Part shown: piece by piece, positions 8,342-22,741 of the stretch
Layout of the letters: each line of letters begins with the position of its first letter
How positions within the stretch are numbered: position 1 is the first letter of the stretch
NCBI RefSeq assembly: GCF_018219155.1
Contig: NZ_CP056123.1
Location: 1,101,505-1,125,504, forward strand
Direction: 5' to 3'
From: Moritella sp. 24
Lineage (GTDB): Bacteria; Pseudomonadota; Gammaproteobacteria; Enterobacterales; Moritellaceae
DNA length: 24,000 bases
Notes under the pieces: generated by a model
The model's input: the letters and a program-made list of their open reading frames with translations, nothing else
Told to the model about the DNA's origin: nothing
Databases searched by the model: none
Made by a program: the position numbers and the translations under genes

Positions 8342-8608
8342 TTAATGCATAAACATGAAAATATTAAACCCGAGAGTAATGAAAAAAATAATTGATACCG
8401 TGATAATGATACTGTTGCGTTTTAGAAAGCTCAGCAGTGGATAGTTGGCTTTTAGCCTGTCGGCCGCAAGCGCCTTTTTCTTTGCTTGCGCGGCCTTAAT
8501 AACCTCTAATTTCGCATTCTCACGCATGGCTTTGTCATGTATCGCCAATCGTTCGTTATTTTCTTCTTCTAACGCTATAAGCCATTGTTCTTGGTCATCA
8601 GCCATCAT
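8342..8608 (-). CDS. Hypothetical tail-anchored membrane protein (88 aa), translationally coupled to smrB
   Basis: Its ATG overlaps the smrB stop (TAATG). The N-terminal ~55 aa are highly charged and helical-looking (EEENNERLAIHDKAMRENAKLEVIKAAQAKKKALAADRLK). There is a single C-terminal hydrophobic segment (IIITVSIIFFITLGFNIFMF). Confidence 0.55.
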   Translation of the reverse strand: MMADDQEQWLIALEEENNERLAIHDKAMRENAKLEVIKAAQAKKKALAADRLKANYPLLSFLKRNSIIITVSIIFFITLGFNIFMFMH

Positions 8609-9243
8609 TAACTACCTTGCAGAAAGTCTTCTTTATTCGTTAGTTCTATCAAGATCGACAAGGCGGCACTGCCACCCCAAGTTTTCGTTGCTTGATGAAA
8701 CGCTTCGACATCGGGATGTTGCGCTAACCACATTGGTAATTGACGCTTAAGAATATTCTTGCCATGACCATGCATCACATTACAACAACGGATATGCTGT
8801 TTACGACATTCAGCAATGAGCGCTGATATTTCTACCTTTGCTGTTTCTTGCGTTAAACCATGTAAATCTAGCAGTAATTCTGGTTCGTAATCACCACGAC
8901 GTAGCTTCTTCAATTCGTACGGTGAAACACCTTCGCGTATATAGCGAGTCGGTCCTTCATCGGCAATATGCGGTTCAAATTGATCGGAGAAAAAATGTTC
9001 ACGTTGTGCTGATTCTTGTCTGATTGAATCATTTGGCTGAGTTTTCGGTTTTTTAGCCCTGATTTTTGTTGTGCGTATGGTATCCTGTGACAAAGGTTTT
9101 ATACCTTTCATACTATCAGAGAAAAGAGCGTGTTCATCTGGTTTAGGCGCTGCTTGCGATACTTTAACTTGTTCAGCCTGTGCCTGTTCCTTTGCTACAT
9201 CCATTTGCAGCAACATCTTTTTTTTCATTTGTTTATTAAACAT
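8608..9243 (-). CDS. smrB: Smr-domain endonuclease SmrB (ribosome-collision rescue nuclease)
   Basis: The C-terminal Smr domain (LLLDLHGLTQETAKVEISALIAECRKQHIRCCNVMHGHGKNILKRQLPMWLAQHPDVEAFHQA) is colinear with E. coli SmrB. The start is uncertain: the ORF opens at TTG 9258, the first ATG is 9243, and an MKKK start at 9228 resembles the E. coli N-terminus. Confidence 0.85.
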   Translation of the reverse strand: MFNKQMKKKMLLQMDVAKEQAQAEQVKVSQAAPKPDEHALFSDSMKGIKPLSQDTIRTTKIRAKKPKTQPNDSIRQESAQREHFFSDQFEPHIADEGPTRYIREGVSPYELKKLRRGDYEPELLLDLHGLTQETAKVEISALIAECRKQHIRCCNVMHGHGKNILKRQLPMWLAQHPDVEAFHQATKTWGGSAALSILIELTNKEDFLQGS

Positions 9244-9319
9244 AATGTAGTTACCCAAATTCAGCTGTGAAAATCAGTTGATTAAACATTTTGTTATTTT
9301 ACCAAAATTGGAGTCAATT

Positions 9320-10249
9320 GTGGACAGGATTTTTATTGACGAAGCAGTCAAAGAGTTAACTACAATACAAGATATCATCCGTTGGGCGGTTAGCCGTTTT
9401 AACGACGCAGGTATTTTCTATGGTCACGGTACTGATAACGCGTGGGATGAAGCTGTTCAGCTTATCTTACCGACGTTACACCTGCCATTGGATATTGATC
9501 CTCAAATTCGTCATGCGAAACTGCTTACTTCTGAACGCCAAAAATTGGTTGAGCTGATTGTTCGTCGTGTAAACGAACGTATCCCTGCTGCATACCTTAC
9601 TAACAAAGCTTGGTTTGCTGGTTTAGAGTTCTTCGTTGATGAACGCGTATTAGTGCCGCGTTCTCCGTTTGCAGAACTGATCATGAACGGTTTCCAGCCT
9701 TGGTTAACGCACGAACCTATGCGCGTACTTGATATGTGTACGGGCAGTGGTTGTATCGCGATTGCACTGTCTCACGCATTCCCTGATTCAGAAATCGACG
9801 CAGTTGATATTGAACACGGCGCGATTGAAGTTGCTGAGATCAACATTCAAGATCACGGTGTTGAGCAACAAGTAACACCAATCCAGTCTGACTTGTTCTC
9901 AAACTTAACGGGTTTACGCTACGACATGATCGTATCGAATCCTCCTTATGTTGATCAAGAAGATATTGATAACCTACCTGATGAGTTCAAACATGAACCT
10001 GAAATCGGTTTACAGTCTGGTTTTGATGGCTTAGAGCTAACGCTTAAAATGCTAGCACAAGCACCAGATATGCTAAACGACGGTGGCTTACTGTTTGTTG
10101 AGATCGGTAACAGCATGGTTCACATGCAAGAGAAATTCCCTGAAGTACCATTTACATGGTTAGAAATGCAAAATGGCGGCCACGGTATCTTCGTGATCAG
10201 CAAAGAGCAGATCGTTGCTTCAATGGCAGAATTCGCACCGTTTAAATAA
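9320..10249 (+). CDS. prmB: Ribosomal protein uL3 glutamine N5-methyltransferase PrmB
   Basis: It has the NPPY catalytic motif (VSNPPY) and the SAM-binding motif [11 protein letters not shown]. The start is trimmed to GTG 9320, with GGAG at 9310-9313 six nt upstream. From there [18 protein letters not shown] aligns with the E. coli PrmB N-terminus and gives ~309 aa. Confidence 0.9.
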   Translation: MDRIFIDEAVKELTTIQDIIRWAVSRFNDAGIFYGHGTDNAWDEAVQLILPTLHLPLDIDPQIRHAKLLTSERQKLVELIVRRVNERIPAAYLTNKAWFAGLEFFVDERVLVPRSPFAELIMNGFQPWLTHEPMRVLDMCTGSGCIAIALSHAFPDSEIDAVDIEHGAIEVAEINIQDHGVEQQVTPIQSDLFSNLTGLRYDMIVSNPPYVDQEDIDNLPDEFKHEPEIGLQSGFDGLELTLKMLAQAPDMLNDGGLLFVEIGNSMVHMQEKFPEVPFTWLEMQNGGHGIFVISKEQIVASMAEFAPFK

Positions 10250-10310
10250 ATAGTCCGCACCGTTCAAATAGGTCGGTAGCGTGTTGTTATAGGGTGTTAA
10301 AGCCCACGAA

Positions 10311-10349
10311 AAACCTGTGATCATCTTAGATGGTCGCAGGTTTTTTTTT
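10311..10349 (+). terminator. Rho-independent terminator after prmB
   Basis: AAACCTGTGATCA (10311-10323) pairs with TGGTCGCAGGTTT (10331-10343), with two G-U pairs. A run of 9 T follows. Confidence 0.75.
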
Positions 10350-10442
10350 ATTCCTCTTTTTTCTCTATTTGCTATTGTCGCTAAGCCGTTGGTCTTGTAT
10401 TCTCGAAGGTATTAGTAAGCATTATATAAAGGAAACGCTGTT

Positions 10443-11531
10443 ATGGCAGGGAATAGTATTGGGCAATTATTTAAGATCTCCACATTCGGAGAAAGCCATG
10501 GACCAGCACTTGGGTGCATCATTGACGGCTGCCCTCCAGGACTCGAAATTTCACTAGAAGATCTACAGTTTGATCTTGACCGTCGTAAGCCTGGCACATC
10601 TCGCTATACTACTCAACGACGTGAAGCTGACGAAGTTCAGATCCTTTCGGGTATTTTTGAAGGTAAAACCACTGGTTCTTCGATTGGTCTAATGATCAAG
10701 AATACCGATCAACGTTCACAAGATTATTCAAACATTAAAGATACCTTCCGTCCGGGCCATGCTGATTATACTTATCATCAGAAATTTGGTCATCGTGATT
10801 ACCGTGGTGGCGGTCGTTCATCGGCACGTGAAACGGCAATGCGTGTAGCGGCTGGTGCCATTGCGAAGAAATACCTAAAAGAACAACACGGTATTGTTAT
10901 CCGTGGTTTCTTATCACAACTGGGTCCAATCAAAGCAGAAGCTCTACAGTGGGATCAAGTTGAACAAAACCCGTTCTTCTTCCCTGATACATCTAAATTA
11001 GAAGCGCTGGATGAATACATGCGCGGCCTAAAGAAATCAGGTGACTCAGTGGGCGCTAAAGTAACAGTTGTTGCTGAAGGTGTGCCTGTTGGTTTAGGCG
11101 AACCTGTATTTGATCGTTTAGATGCGGACATCGCACATTCATTAATGAGCATTAACGCAGTGAAAGGCGTTGAGATTGGTGATGGTTTTGGCGTTGTAGA
11201 ACAGCTTGGTAGCGAACACCGTGATGAAATGACACCTGAAGATGGTTTCCTTTCTAATCACGCTGGTGGCGTACTAGGTGGTATCTCAAGTGGCCAAGAT
11301 ATCATTGCGCACATTGCAATGAAACCGACTTCAAGTATTACCATTCCAGGTAAATCAATTGATAAGTTTGGTAACGCGATTGAAGTAGTTACTAAAGGTC
11401 GTCACGATCCATGTGTAGGTATCCGCGCAGTGCCAATTGCTGAAGCACAACTTGCTATCACGCTAATGGACCACTTGCTAAGACACCGTGCGCAGAATCT
11501 ACATGTAGTAACAGATACTCCAAATATGTAG
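10443..11531 (+). CDS. aroC: Chorismate synthase
   Basis: 362 aa. [33 protein letters not shown]..., RPGHADYTY and GRHDPCVG are the classic AroC signature blocks. AGGA lies 10 nt upstream of the ATG. Confidence 0.97.
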   Translation: MAGNSIGQLFKISTFGESHGPALGCIIDGCPPGLEISLEDLQFDLDRRKPGTSRYTTQRREADEVQILSGIFEGKTTGSSIGLMIKNTDQRSQDYSNIKDTFRPGHADYTYHQKFGHRDYRGGGRSSARETAMRVAAGAIAKKYLKEQHGIVIRGFLSQLGPIKAEALQWDQVEQNPFFFPDTSKLEALDEYMRGLKKSGDSVGAKVTVVAEGVPVGLGEPVFDRLDADIAHSLMSINAVKGVEIGDGFGVVEQLGSEHRDEMTPEDGFLSNHAGGVLGGISSGQDIIAHIAMKPTSSITIPGKSIDKFGNAIEVVTKGRHDPCVGIRAVPIAEAQLAITLMDHLLRHRAQNLHVVTDTPNM

Positions 11532-11589
11532 TTTTTGCTTGGCTAGCTTAGTTTTTCAGGGACTAGTAATGGCTAGACAGCTAATCGAT

Positions 11590-11626
11590 AAATACCCATC
11601 AGCTTAGGTTGATGGGTATTTTTTTG
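11590..11626. terminator. Rho-independent terminator after aroC, possibly also serving the convergent 125-aa gene
   Basis: AAATACCCATCA (11590-11601) and TGATGGGTATTT (11610-11621) form a perfect 12-bp stem with an 8-nt loop. A T-run follows on the + strand and the stem is A-flanked on the other side. Confidence 0.8.
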
Positions 11627-11654
11627 TCTGTTCTATTTTCTGAGCATGATGTTT

Positions 11655-12032
11655 CTAAAGCCTAATATCTGATATTTCATTATATGTAATGATTTTATCA
11701 GCGGTGCCTTGAATAGTTGTGCTGATTTCAACGCCATTTTTAATTGTCACAATAAGTTCTTTGCCTTTTGCCTTGGCGTATCCAGCTTCAATACCTAAGC
11801 CTACTCCCTTTTCTGATATATCGATGACAACGATGTCTGATTCATCTATTTTAGCGAATGTTTCTTGCATTATTTGTGTAGCAGAGAATGTCTGTTTACC
11901 CCATTTTTCCATATCTCTTACAACACAATATGACTTTAAATTATGTTTAGAAAAACACAGTTCAAATTCATTGATAACGCTTTTATTTGAATTATTGGAA
12001 TGATATTTAATACCAAAATATACACGTTTCAT
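11655..12032 (-). CDS. Nucleoside 2-deoxyribosyltransferase-like / DNPH1 (Rcl)-like N-glycosidase-fold protein (125 aa)
   Basis: GGAG lies 5 nt upstream of the ATG. An N-terminal beta-strand motif (RVYFGIKY) and a distal block (SDIVVIDISEKGVGLGIEAGYAKAKGKELIV) parallel the YFxGS... and ADVVVAEVTxPSLGVGYELGRA blocks of the DNPH1/NDT fold, including the conserved Glu. The functional assignment is tentative. Confidence 0.55.
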   Translation of the reverse strand: MKRVYFGIKYHSNNSNKSVINEFELCFSKHNLKSYCVVRDMEKWGKQTFSATQIMQETFAKIDESDIVVIDISEKGVGLGIEAGYAKAKGKELIVTIKNGVEISTTIQGTADKIITYNEISDIRL

Positions 12033-12166
12033 TAAGGCTCCATTTAATGTGTTTCACTGTAAATACAAGAGTATATATAAGAATTAGCTTACCATTCGAG
12101 ACTTAGCGTTTCTTTTGAAAGGTACGGTAGGGAAGTGGGCGTTTTACTTGTCGTGTATAACCAAAC

Positions 12167-12197
12167 AAAAAAGACACTGATAATAAATATCAGTGCC
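12167..12197 (-). terminator. Rho-independent terminator after the distal APC permease (minus strand)
   Basis: On the minus strand GGCACUGAUA-UUUAU-UAUCAGUGUC forms a 10-bp stem with one G-U pair, followed by UUUUUU. It lies 55 nt past the stop at 12253. Confidence 0.8.
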
Positions 12198-12252
12198 TTT
12201 ACGTTTATTTAGAATTAACCTATTTTAAATTCAGGTTTACTTCTAATCAGGT

Positions 12253-13695
<1,443 letters not shown>

Positions 13696-13722
13696 CTATA
13701 TTAATTAAATTATTAAGTGATC

Positions 13723-13755
13723 TTTAGTAAATGTCTAATCGTTAGCTTTACTAAA
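13723..13755. promoter_or_regulatory. Inverted repeat TTTAGTAAA-N15-TTTACTAAA in the leader/promoter region of permease paralog 1
   Basis: The 9-bp arms are perfect (13723-13731 and 13747-13755). The same 9-mer occurs in the ebgA and ebgR upstream regions. Confidence 0.3.
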
Positions 13756-13846
13756 AATTACTGTGGTTAAAATCATTAAACAGAAAATAAGCAACAGACC
13801 AAATGAGTATAATAGAACAACTGGCCGTGCTTATTTATCTGCATTT

Positions 13847-13878
13847 AACAAAGGAAAGCACCGATGTCACAGGTGCTT
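13847..13878 (-). terminator. Possible weak terminator or attenuator between the two permease paralogs (minus strand)
   Basis: A 7-bp stem (AAGCACC 13856-13862 / GGTGCTT 13872-13878) is followed on the minus strand by UUUCCUUUGUU. It lies 19 nt past the stop of paralog 2. Confidence 0.4.
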
Positions 13879-13896
13879 CATGATGTAATCCAACTC

Positions 13897-15399
<1,503 letters not shown>

Positions 15400-15468
15400 T
15401 CATTTTTAGTTCTGGATACGTGCCCAGATTTTATTTTTATTCAATTTTTTAACTATCTATTCAACTAT

Positions 15469-19037
<3,569 letters not shown>

Positions 19038-19060
19038 TTAAAATGTTGATGAATTACTTT

Positions 19061-19086
19061 GGTAAACATATTAACTAAAATTTTAG
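19061..19086. promoter_or_regulatory. Two abutting palindromes (candidate EbgR/LacI-family operators) over the likely ebgA core promoter
   Basis: GTAAACATATTAAC (19061-19074) has 10 of 14 symmetric positions. ACTAAAATTTTAGT (19073-19086) is a perfect 14-bp palindrome. They lie 57-82 nt upstream of the ebgA start and overlap a TAATAT -10 candidate on the minus strand. Confidence 0.35.
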
Positions 19087-19244
19087 TAAAACAAATAGAT
19101 CTGTTGTTTTATTTTTAACTCGATCACAATAGATGCATAGGTTTGTGAGCTGGATAACGTTAATTAAGGGTTACAATGTAACGTATTTGTCTGCTTGAAC
19201 TGATAAATTGGGAATAAGATAAGGATATAGAAAGAGAGGAGAAG

Positions 19245-19270
19245 TAAAAGCAACATATTACTATGCTGCT
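19245..19270 (-). terminator. Possible weak terminator after ebgR (minus strand)
   Basis: On the minus strand AGCAGCAU-AGUAAU-AUGUUGCU forms an 8-bp stem with one G-U pair, followed by UUUAC. It lies 31 nt past the ebgR stop. Confidence 0.3.
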
Positions 19271-19301
19271 TTACTATAATCTGGGGAGATTTTATTACAC
19301 G

Positions 19302-20297
<996 letters not shown>

Positions 20298-20380
20298 TCA
20301 TCCTCCCGCCATTGATGATTATAATTTATTTAGTGTTTATTTTACTTAATAAATAAAGTTTTTGATACCTAAATCTCACT

Positions 20381-20400
20381 TTTAGTAAAATGTTTACCAA
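20381..20400. promoter_or_regulatory. Operator-like element shared with the ebgA upstream region (candidate ebgR autoregulatory site)
   Basis: TTTAGTAAAATGTTTACCAA (20381-20400) closely matches the reverse complement of 19059-19079 (TTTAGTTAATATGTTTACCAA). It contains GTAAA-N3-TTTAC. Confidence 0.3.
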
Positions 20401-20415
20401 TGGGTAATACTTTTT

Positions 20416-20431
20416 GTGGAAACGTTTACAT
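20416..20431. promoter_or_regulatory. GalR/LacI-type operator upstream of galE (alternatively a CRP-like site)
   Basis: GTGGAAACGTTTACAT fits the gal operator consensus GTGnAAnCGnTTnCAc, with a perfect AAACGTTT core. Shifted by one nt, TGTGG-N6-TTACA also matches the CRP consensus at 8 of 10 positions. Confidence 0.5.
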
Positions 20432-20503
20432 TTGAGGCGTAGGGTACACAAATATCTTATGGATTCACTTACGTCGTGTTTATAAATTACGGGAGAATTA
20501 GTT

Positions 20504-21514
20504 GTGAAAGTACTGGTAACAGGTGGAATGGGCTACATTGGCAGCCATACGTGCGTACAGATGATTGAGGCTGGTATTGAGCCAATTATTATCGATAACT
20601 TAGATAACAGTAAATTGGCCGTGCTCGATCGTATTGAAGCGTTAACCAAGGTACGTCCGACTTTTTATCAGGGCGATGTACGTGACGAAGTCTTTCTTGA
20701 CCGTATTTTTAATGAACATGCTATTTCATCGGTTATTCACTTTGCTGGATTAAAAGCAGTCGGTGAGTCAGTACAAAAACCACTGGAATATTATGATAAC
20801 AATGTGAATGGTTCATTAGTGCTTGCGCGTTCAATGCGAAAAGCCAATGTAAAAAGCATTGTATTTAGTTCGTCAGCGACGGTTTATGGTGATCCAGAGA
20901 TCGTACCTATTACTGAAAACTCACCAACAGGTGCCACTACCAATCCTTATGGACGCAGTAAGTTCATGGTTGAAGAATGCTTCTCTGATTTGTTCGATGC
21001 CGAAAATGATTGGAGCATCACTTTATTACGTTATTTCAACCCTGTTGGCGCGCATCCCTCTGGCACCATGGGAGAAGACCCACAAGGTATCCCAAATAAT
21101 TTAATGCCATTCATTGCTCAAGTTGCAGTGGGTCGCCGCGAATCTTTATCGGTGTTTGGTGATGATTACCCAACGCCAGATGGCACTGGTGTTCGTGATT
21201 ATATTCACGTGATGGATTTAGCCGACGGTCACATTGCGGCATTAACTGCTGTTGGTAAAAAGTCAGGTTTACACATTTATAACTTGGGCACAGGTAAAGG
21301 GTCGAGTGTATTAGAAATGGTGAATGCCTTTGCTGCAGCTTCTGGCCAGCCGATCCCCTACCAGTTATGCCCACGTCGCGCGGGTGACATTGCGGAGTGC
21401 TGGGCAAATACTGAAAAAGCAGAAAAAGAATTAGGTTGGAAAGCCAGCCGCAACGTAATGGAAATGAGTGCTGATACATGGCGCTGGCAGTCAACGAATC
21501 CACAAGGATACTAA
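20504..21514 (+). CDS. galE: UDP-glucose 4-epimerase
   Basis: 336 aa. It has the GxxGxxG Rossmann motif ([11 protein letters not shown]), the YxxxK catalytic motif ([10 protein letters not shown]) and long blocks identical to E. coli GalE ([25 protein letters not shown]; [14 protein letters not shown]). GTG start with GGGAG eight nt upstream. Confidence 0.96.
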   Translation: MKVLVTGGMGYIGSHTCVQMIEAGIEPIIIDNLDNSKLAVLDRIEALTKVRPTFYQGDVRDEVFLDRIFNEHAISSVIHFAGLKAVGESVQKPLEYYDNNVNGSLVLARSMRKANVKSIVFSSSATVYGDPEIVPITENSPTGATTNPYGRSKFMVEECFSDLFDAENDWSITLLRYFNPVGAHPSGTMGEDPQGIPNNLMPFIAQVAVGRRESLSVFGDDYPTPDGTGVRDYIHVMDLADGHIAALTAVGKKSGLHIYNLGTGKGSSVLEMVNAFAAASGQPIPYQLCPRRAGDIAECWANTEKAEKELGWKASRNVMEMSADTWRWQSTNPQGY

Positions 21515-21518
21515 TCTT

Positions 21519-22598
21519 ATGTCTACGCAAGAATATAGCTCTGAATTAAATCAAGAATTTAATCCGATTGATCATCCGCATCGTCGTTATAACCCGCTAA
21601 CAGGTCAGTGGATCCTGGTATCACCACACCGTGCTAAGCGCCCGTGGAGTGGCCAAGACGAAGCACCTGAAACAGCAGTGTTATCGACGTATGAAAAAGA
21701 ATGTTTTTTATGTCCAACCAATAAACGTATTTCGGGTGATGATAATCCTGACTACGACGGTACTTATGTGTTTAGCAATGACTTTGCTGCGCTGATGCCT
21801 CATTCGCCTGAAGCACCTAAATCAACGAACCCGTTATTTAAGACGGAAGGTGTGCGTGGATTAAGCCGTGTTATTTGTTTTTCACCGGATCACAGCAAGA
21901 CATTACCTGAGCTACCAACGGAAAAGATCCGTGGTGTGATTGATACTTGGGATGAACAAATTGAAGAACTAGGTAAAGATTACTTATGGGTGCAAGCGTT
22001 TGAAAACAAAGGCTCTGCGATGGGGTGTTCACAACCGCATCCACACGGACAAGTATGGGCGAATAGCTTTTTGCCTAACGAAATCGAACGTAAAGAAAAG
22101 CTATTGAAAGCGTATCAGCAAGAACACGGTTCGAACTTGTTAGCTGATTACGTTGAATCAGAATTAAAAGACGGTGAACGTACAGTCGTTGAAACAGAAC
22201 ATTGGCTTGCTGTTGTGCCGTATTGGGCTGCGTGGCCGTTCGAAACCATGTTACTGCCAAAAACACACATTCGTCGTATGAGTGAGTTAAGTGAAGCGCA
22301 GCGTGATGACTTAGCGTTAGCGATTAAAAAGCTCACCAGCCGTTACGATAACTTATTCAAATGTTCATTCCCTTACTCAATGGGTTGGCATTATGCCCCG
22401 TTTTTTGATGAAGGGACGGATATTGAACATTGGCAATTACACGCGCTTTTCTATCCGCCATTACTGCGTTCGGCATCGGTGCGTAAATTCATGGTGGGCT
22501 ATGAAATGTTAGCCGAAAGCCAGCGTGATTTAACTGCTGAACAAGCTGCACAAAAACTGCGTGATGTCAGCGATGTACATTATAAAGAACACTTATAA
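21519..22598 (+). CDS. galT: Galactose-1-phosphate uridylyltransferase
   Basis: The start is trimmed to ATG 21519, 4 nt after the galE stop, with AAGGA upstream. The ORF-track N-terminal 17 aa would overlap galE. It has the HPH active site ([12 protein letters not shown]) and a zinc-site-like CFLCP motif; 359 aa. Confidence 0.95.
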   Translation: MSTQEYSSELNQEFNPIDHPHRRYNPLTGQWILVSPHRAKRPWSGQDEAPETAVLSTYEKECFLCPTNKRISGDDNPDYDGTYVFSNDFAALMPHSPEAPKSTNPLFKTEGVRGLSRVICFSPDHSKTLPELPTEKIRGVIDTWDEQIEELGKDYLWVQAFENKGSAMGCSQPHPHGQVWANSFLPNEIERKEKLLKAYQQEHGSNLLADYVESELKDGERTVVETEHWLAVVPYWAAWPFETMLLPKTHIRRMSELSEAQRDDLALAIKKLTSRYDNLFKCSFPYSMGWHYAPFFDEGTDIEHWQLHALFYPPLLRSASVRKFMVGYEMLAESQRDLTAEQAAQKLRDVSDVHYKEHL

Positions 22599-22678
22599 AC
22601 AACGATGATTGATGGAAAATAACAGTGATGAGCAAGCGTCGTCATTACAAAAAAAAGATCGTAATGAGGCTCGGCAAA

Positions 22679-22698
22679 CGCAGTGTGATGACACTGCG
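22679..22698 (+). other. Perfect 8-bp hairpin in the galT-galK spacer
   Basis: CGCAGTGT-GATG-ACACTGCG, with no following T-run. It lies 44 nt upstream of the canonical galK start. Confidence 0.4.
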
Positions 22699-22741
22699 CT
22701 CGACGAGACACTCTGAACCCTACAAAATGTGGAAGGCACCG

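Noticed and set aside
8445-9023. Plus-strand ORFs 8445-8750 and 8838-9023, opposite smrB and the 88-aa gene
   Set aside because: They are antisense to Smr-domain coding sequence with clear homology. They have no start context.
9278-9319. 14-codon N-terminal extension of prmB given in the ORF track
   Set aside because: It begins at a TTG with no SD. GTG 9320 has GGAG at ideal spacing and restores the E. coli-like N-terminus and length.
10234-10270. 15-nt direct repeat CGCACCGTT(T/C)AAATA, spanning the prmB stop and recurring 22 nt downstream
   Set aside because: It is a short single duplication with no associated structure or mobile-element signature. It is probably a replication-slippage relic with no evident function.
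10330-10597. ORFs 10330-10557 (+) and 10412-10597 (-) around the aroC start
   Set aside because: The first begins inside the T-run of the prmB terminator and runs out of frame into aroC. The second is antisense to the most conserved AroC N-terminal block.
19115-19130. CRP-like site TTTTA-ACTCGA-TCACA upstream of ebgA
   Set aside because: Only one half-site is good, so I did not list it as a feature. It is mentioned under the ebgA control-region finding.
20523-20538. GTGGAATGGGCTACAT inside galE, at the position equivalent to the E. coli internal gal operator O_I (12 of 16 identical to GTGGTAGCGGTTACAT as recalled), 107 bp from the upstream operator centre
   Set aside because: The match is largely explained by coding constraint on the GGxGYIG Rossmann motif, and the central CG essential for LacI-family binding is lost (TG|GG). 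I keep it only as a weak possibility for GalR-type looping, testable by EMSA.
21468-21518. 17-codon N-terminal extension of galT overlapping the galE 3' end
   Set aside because: ATG 21519 follows the galE stop by 4 nt and has AAGGA upstream. The extension has no homology to GalT N-termini.
21111-21530. 139-aa minus-strand ORF opposite the galE 3' end, and similar short ORFs within galT/galK (22075-22336, 22593-22775, 22839-23042, 23232-23532)
   Set aside because: They are antisense or out of frame relative to strongly conserved Leloir-pathway genes.
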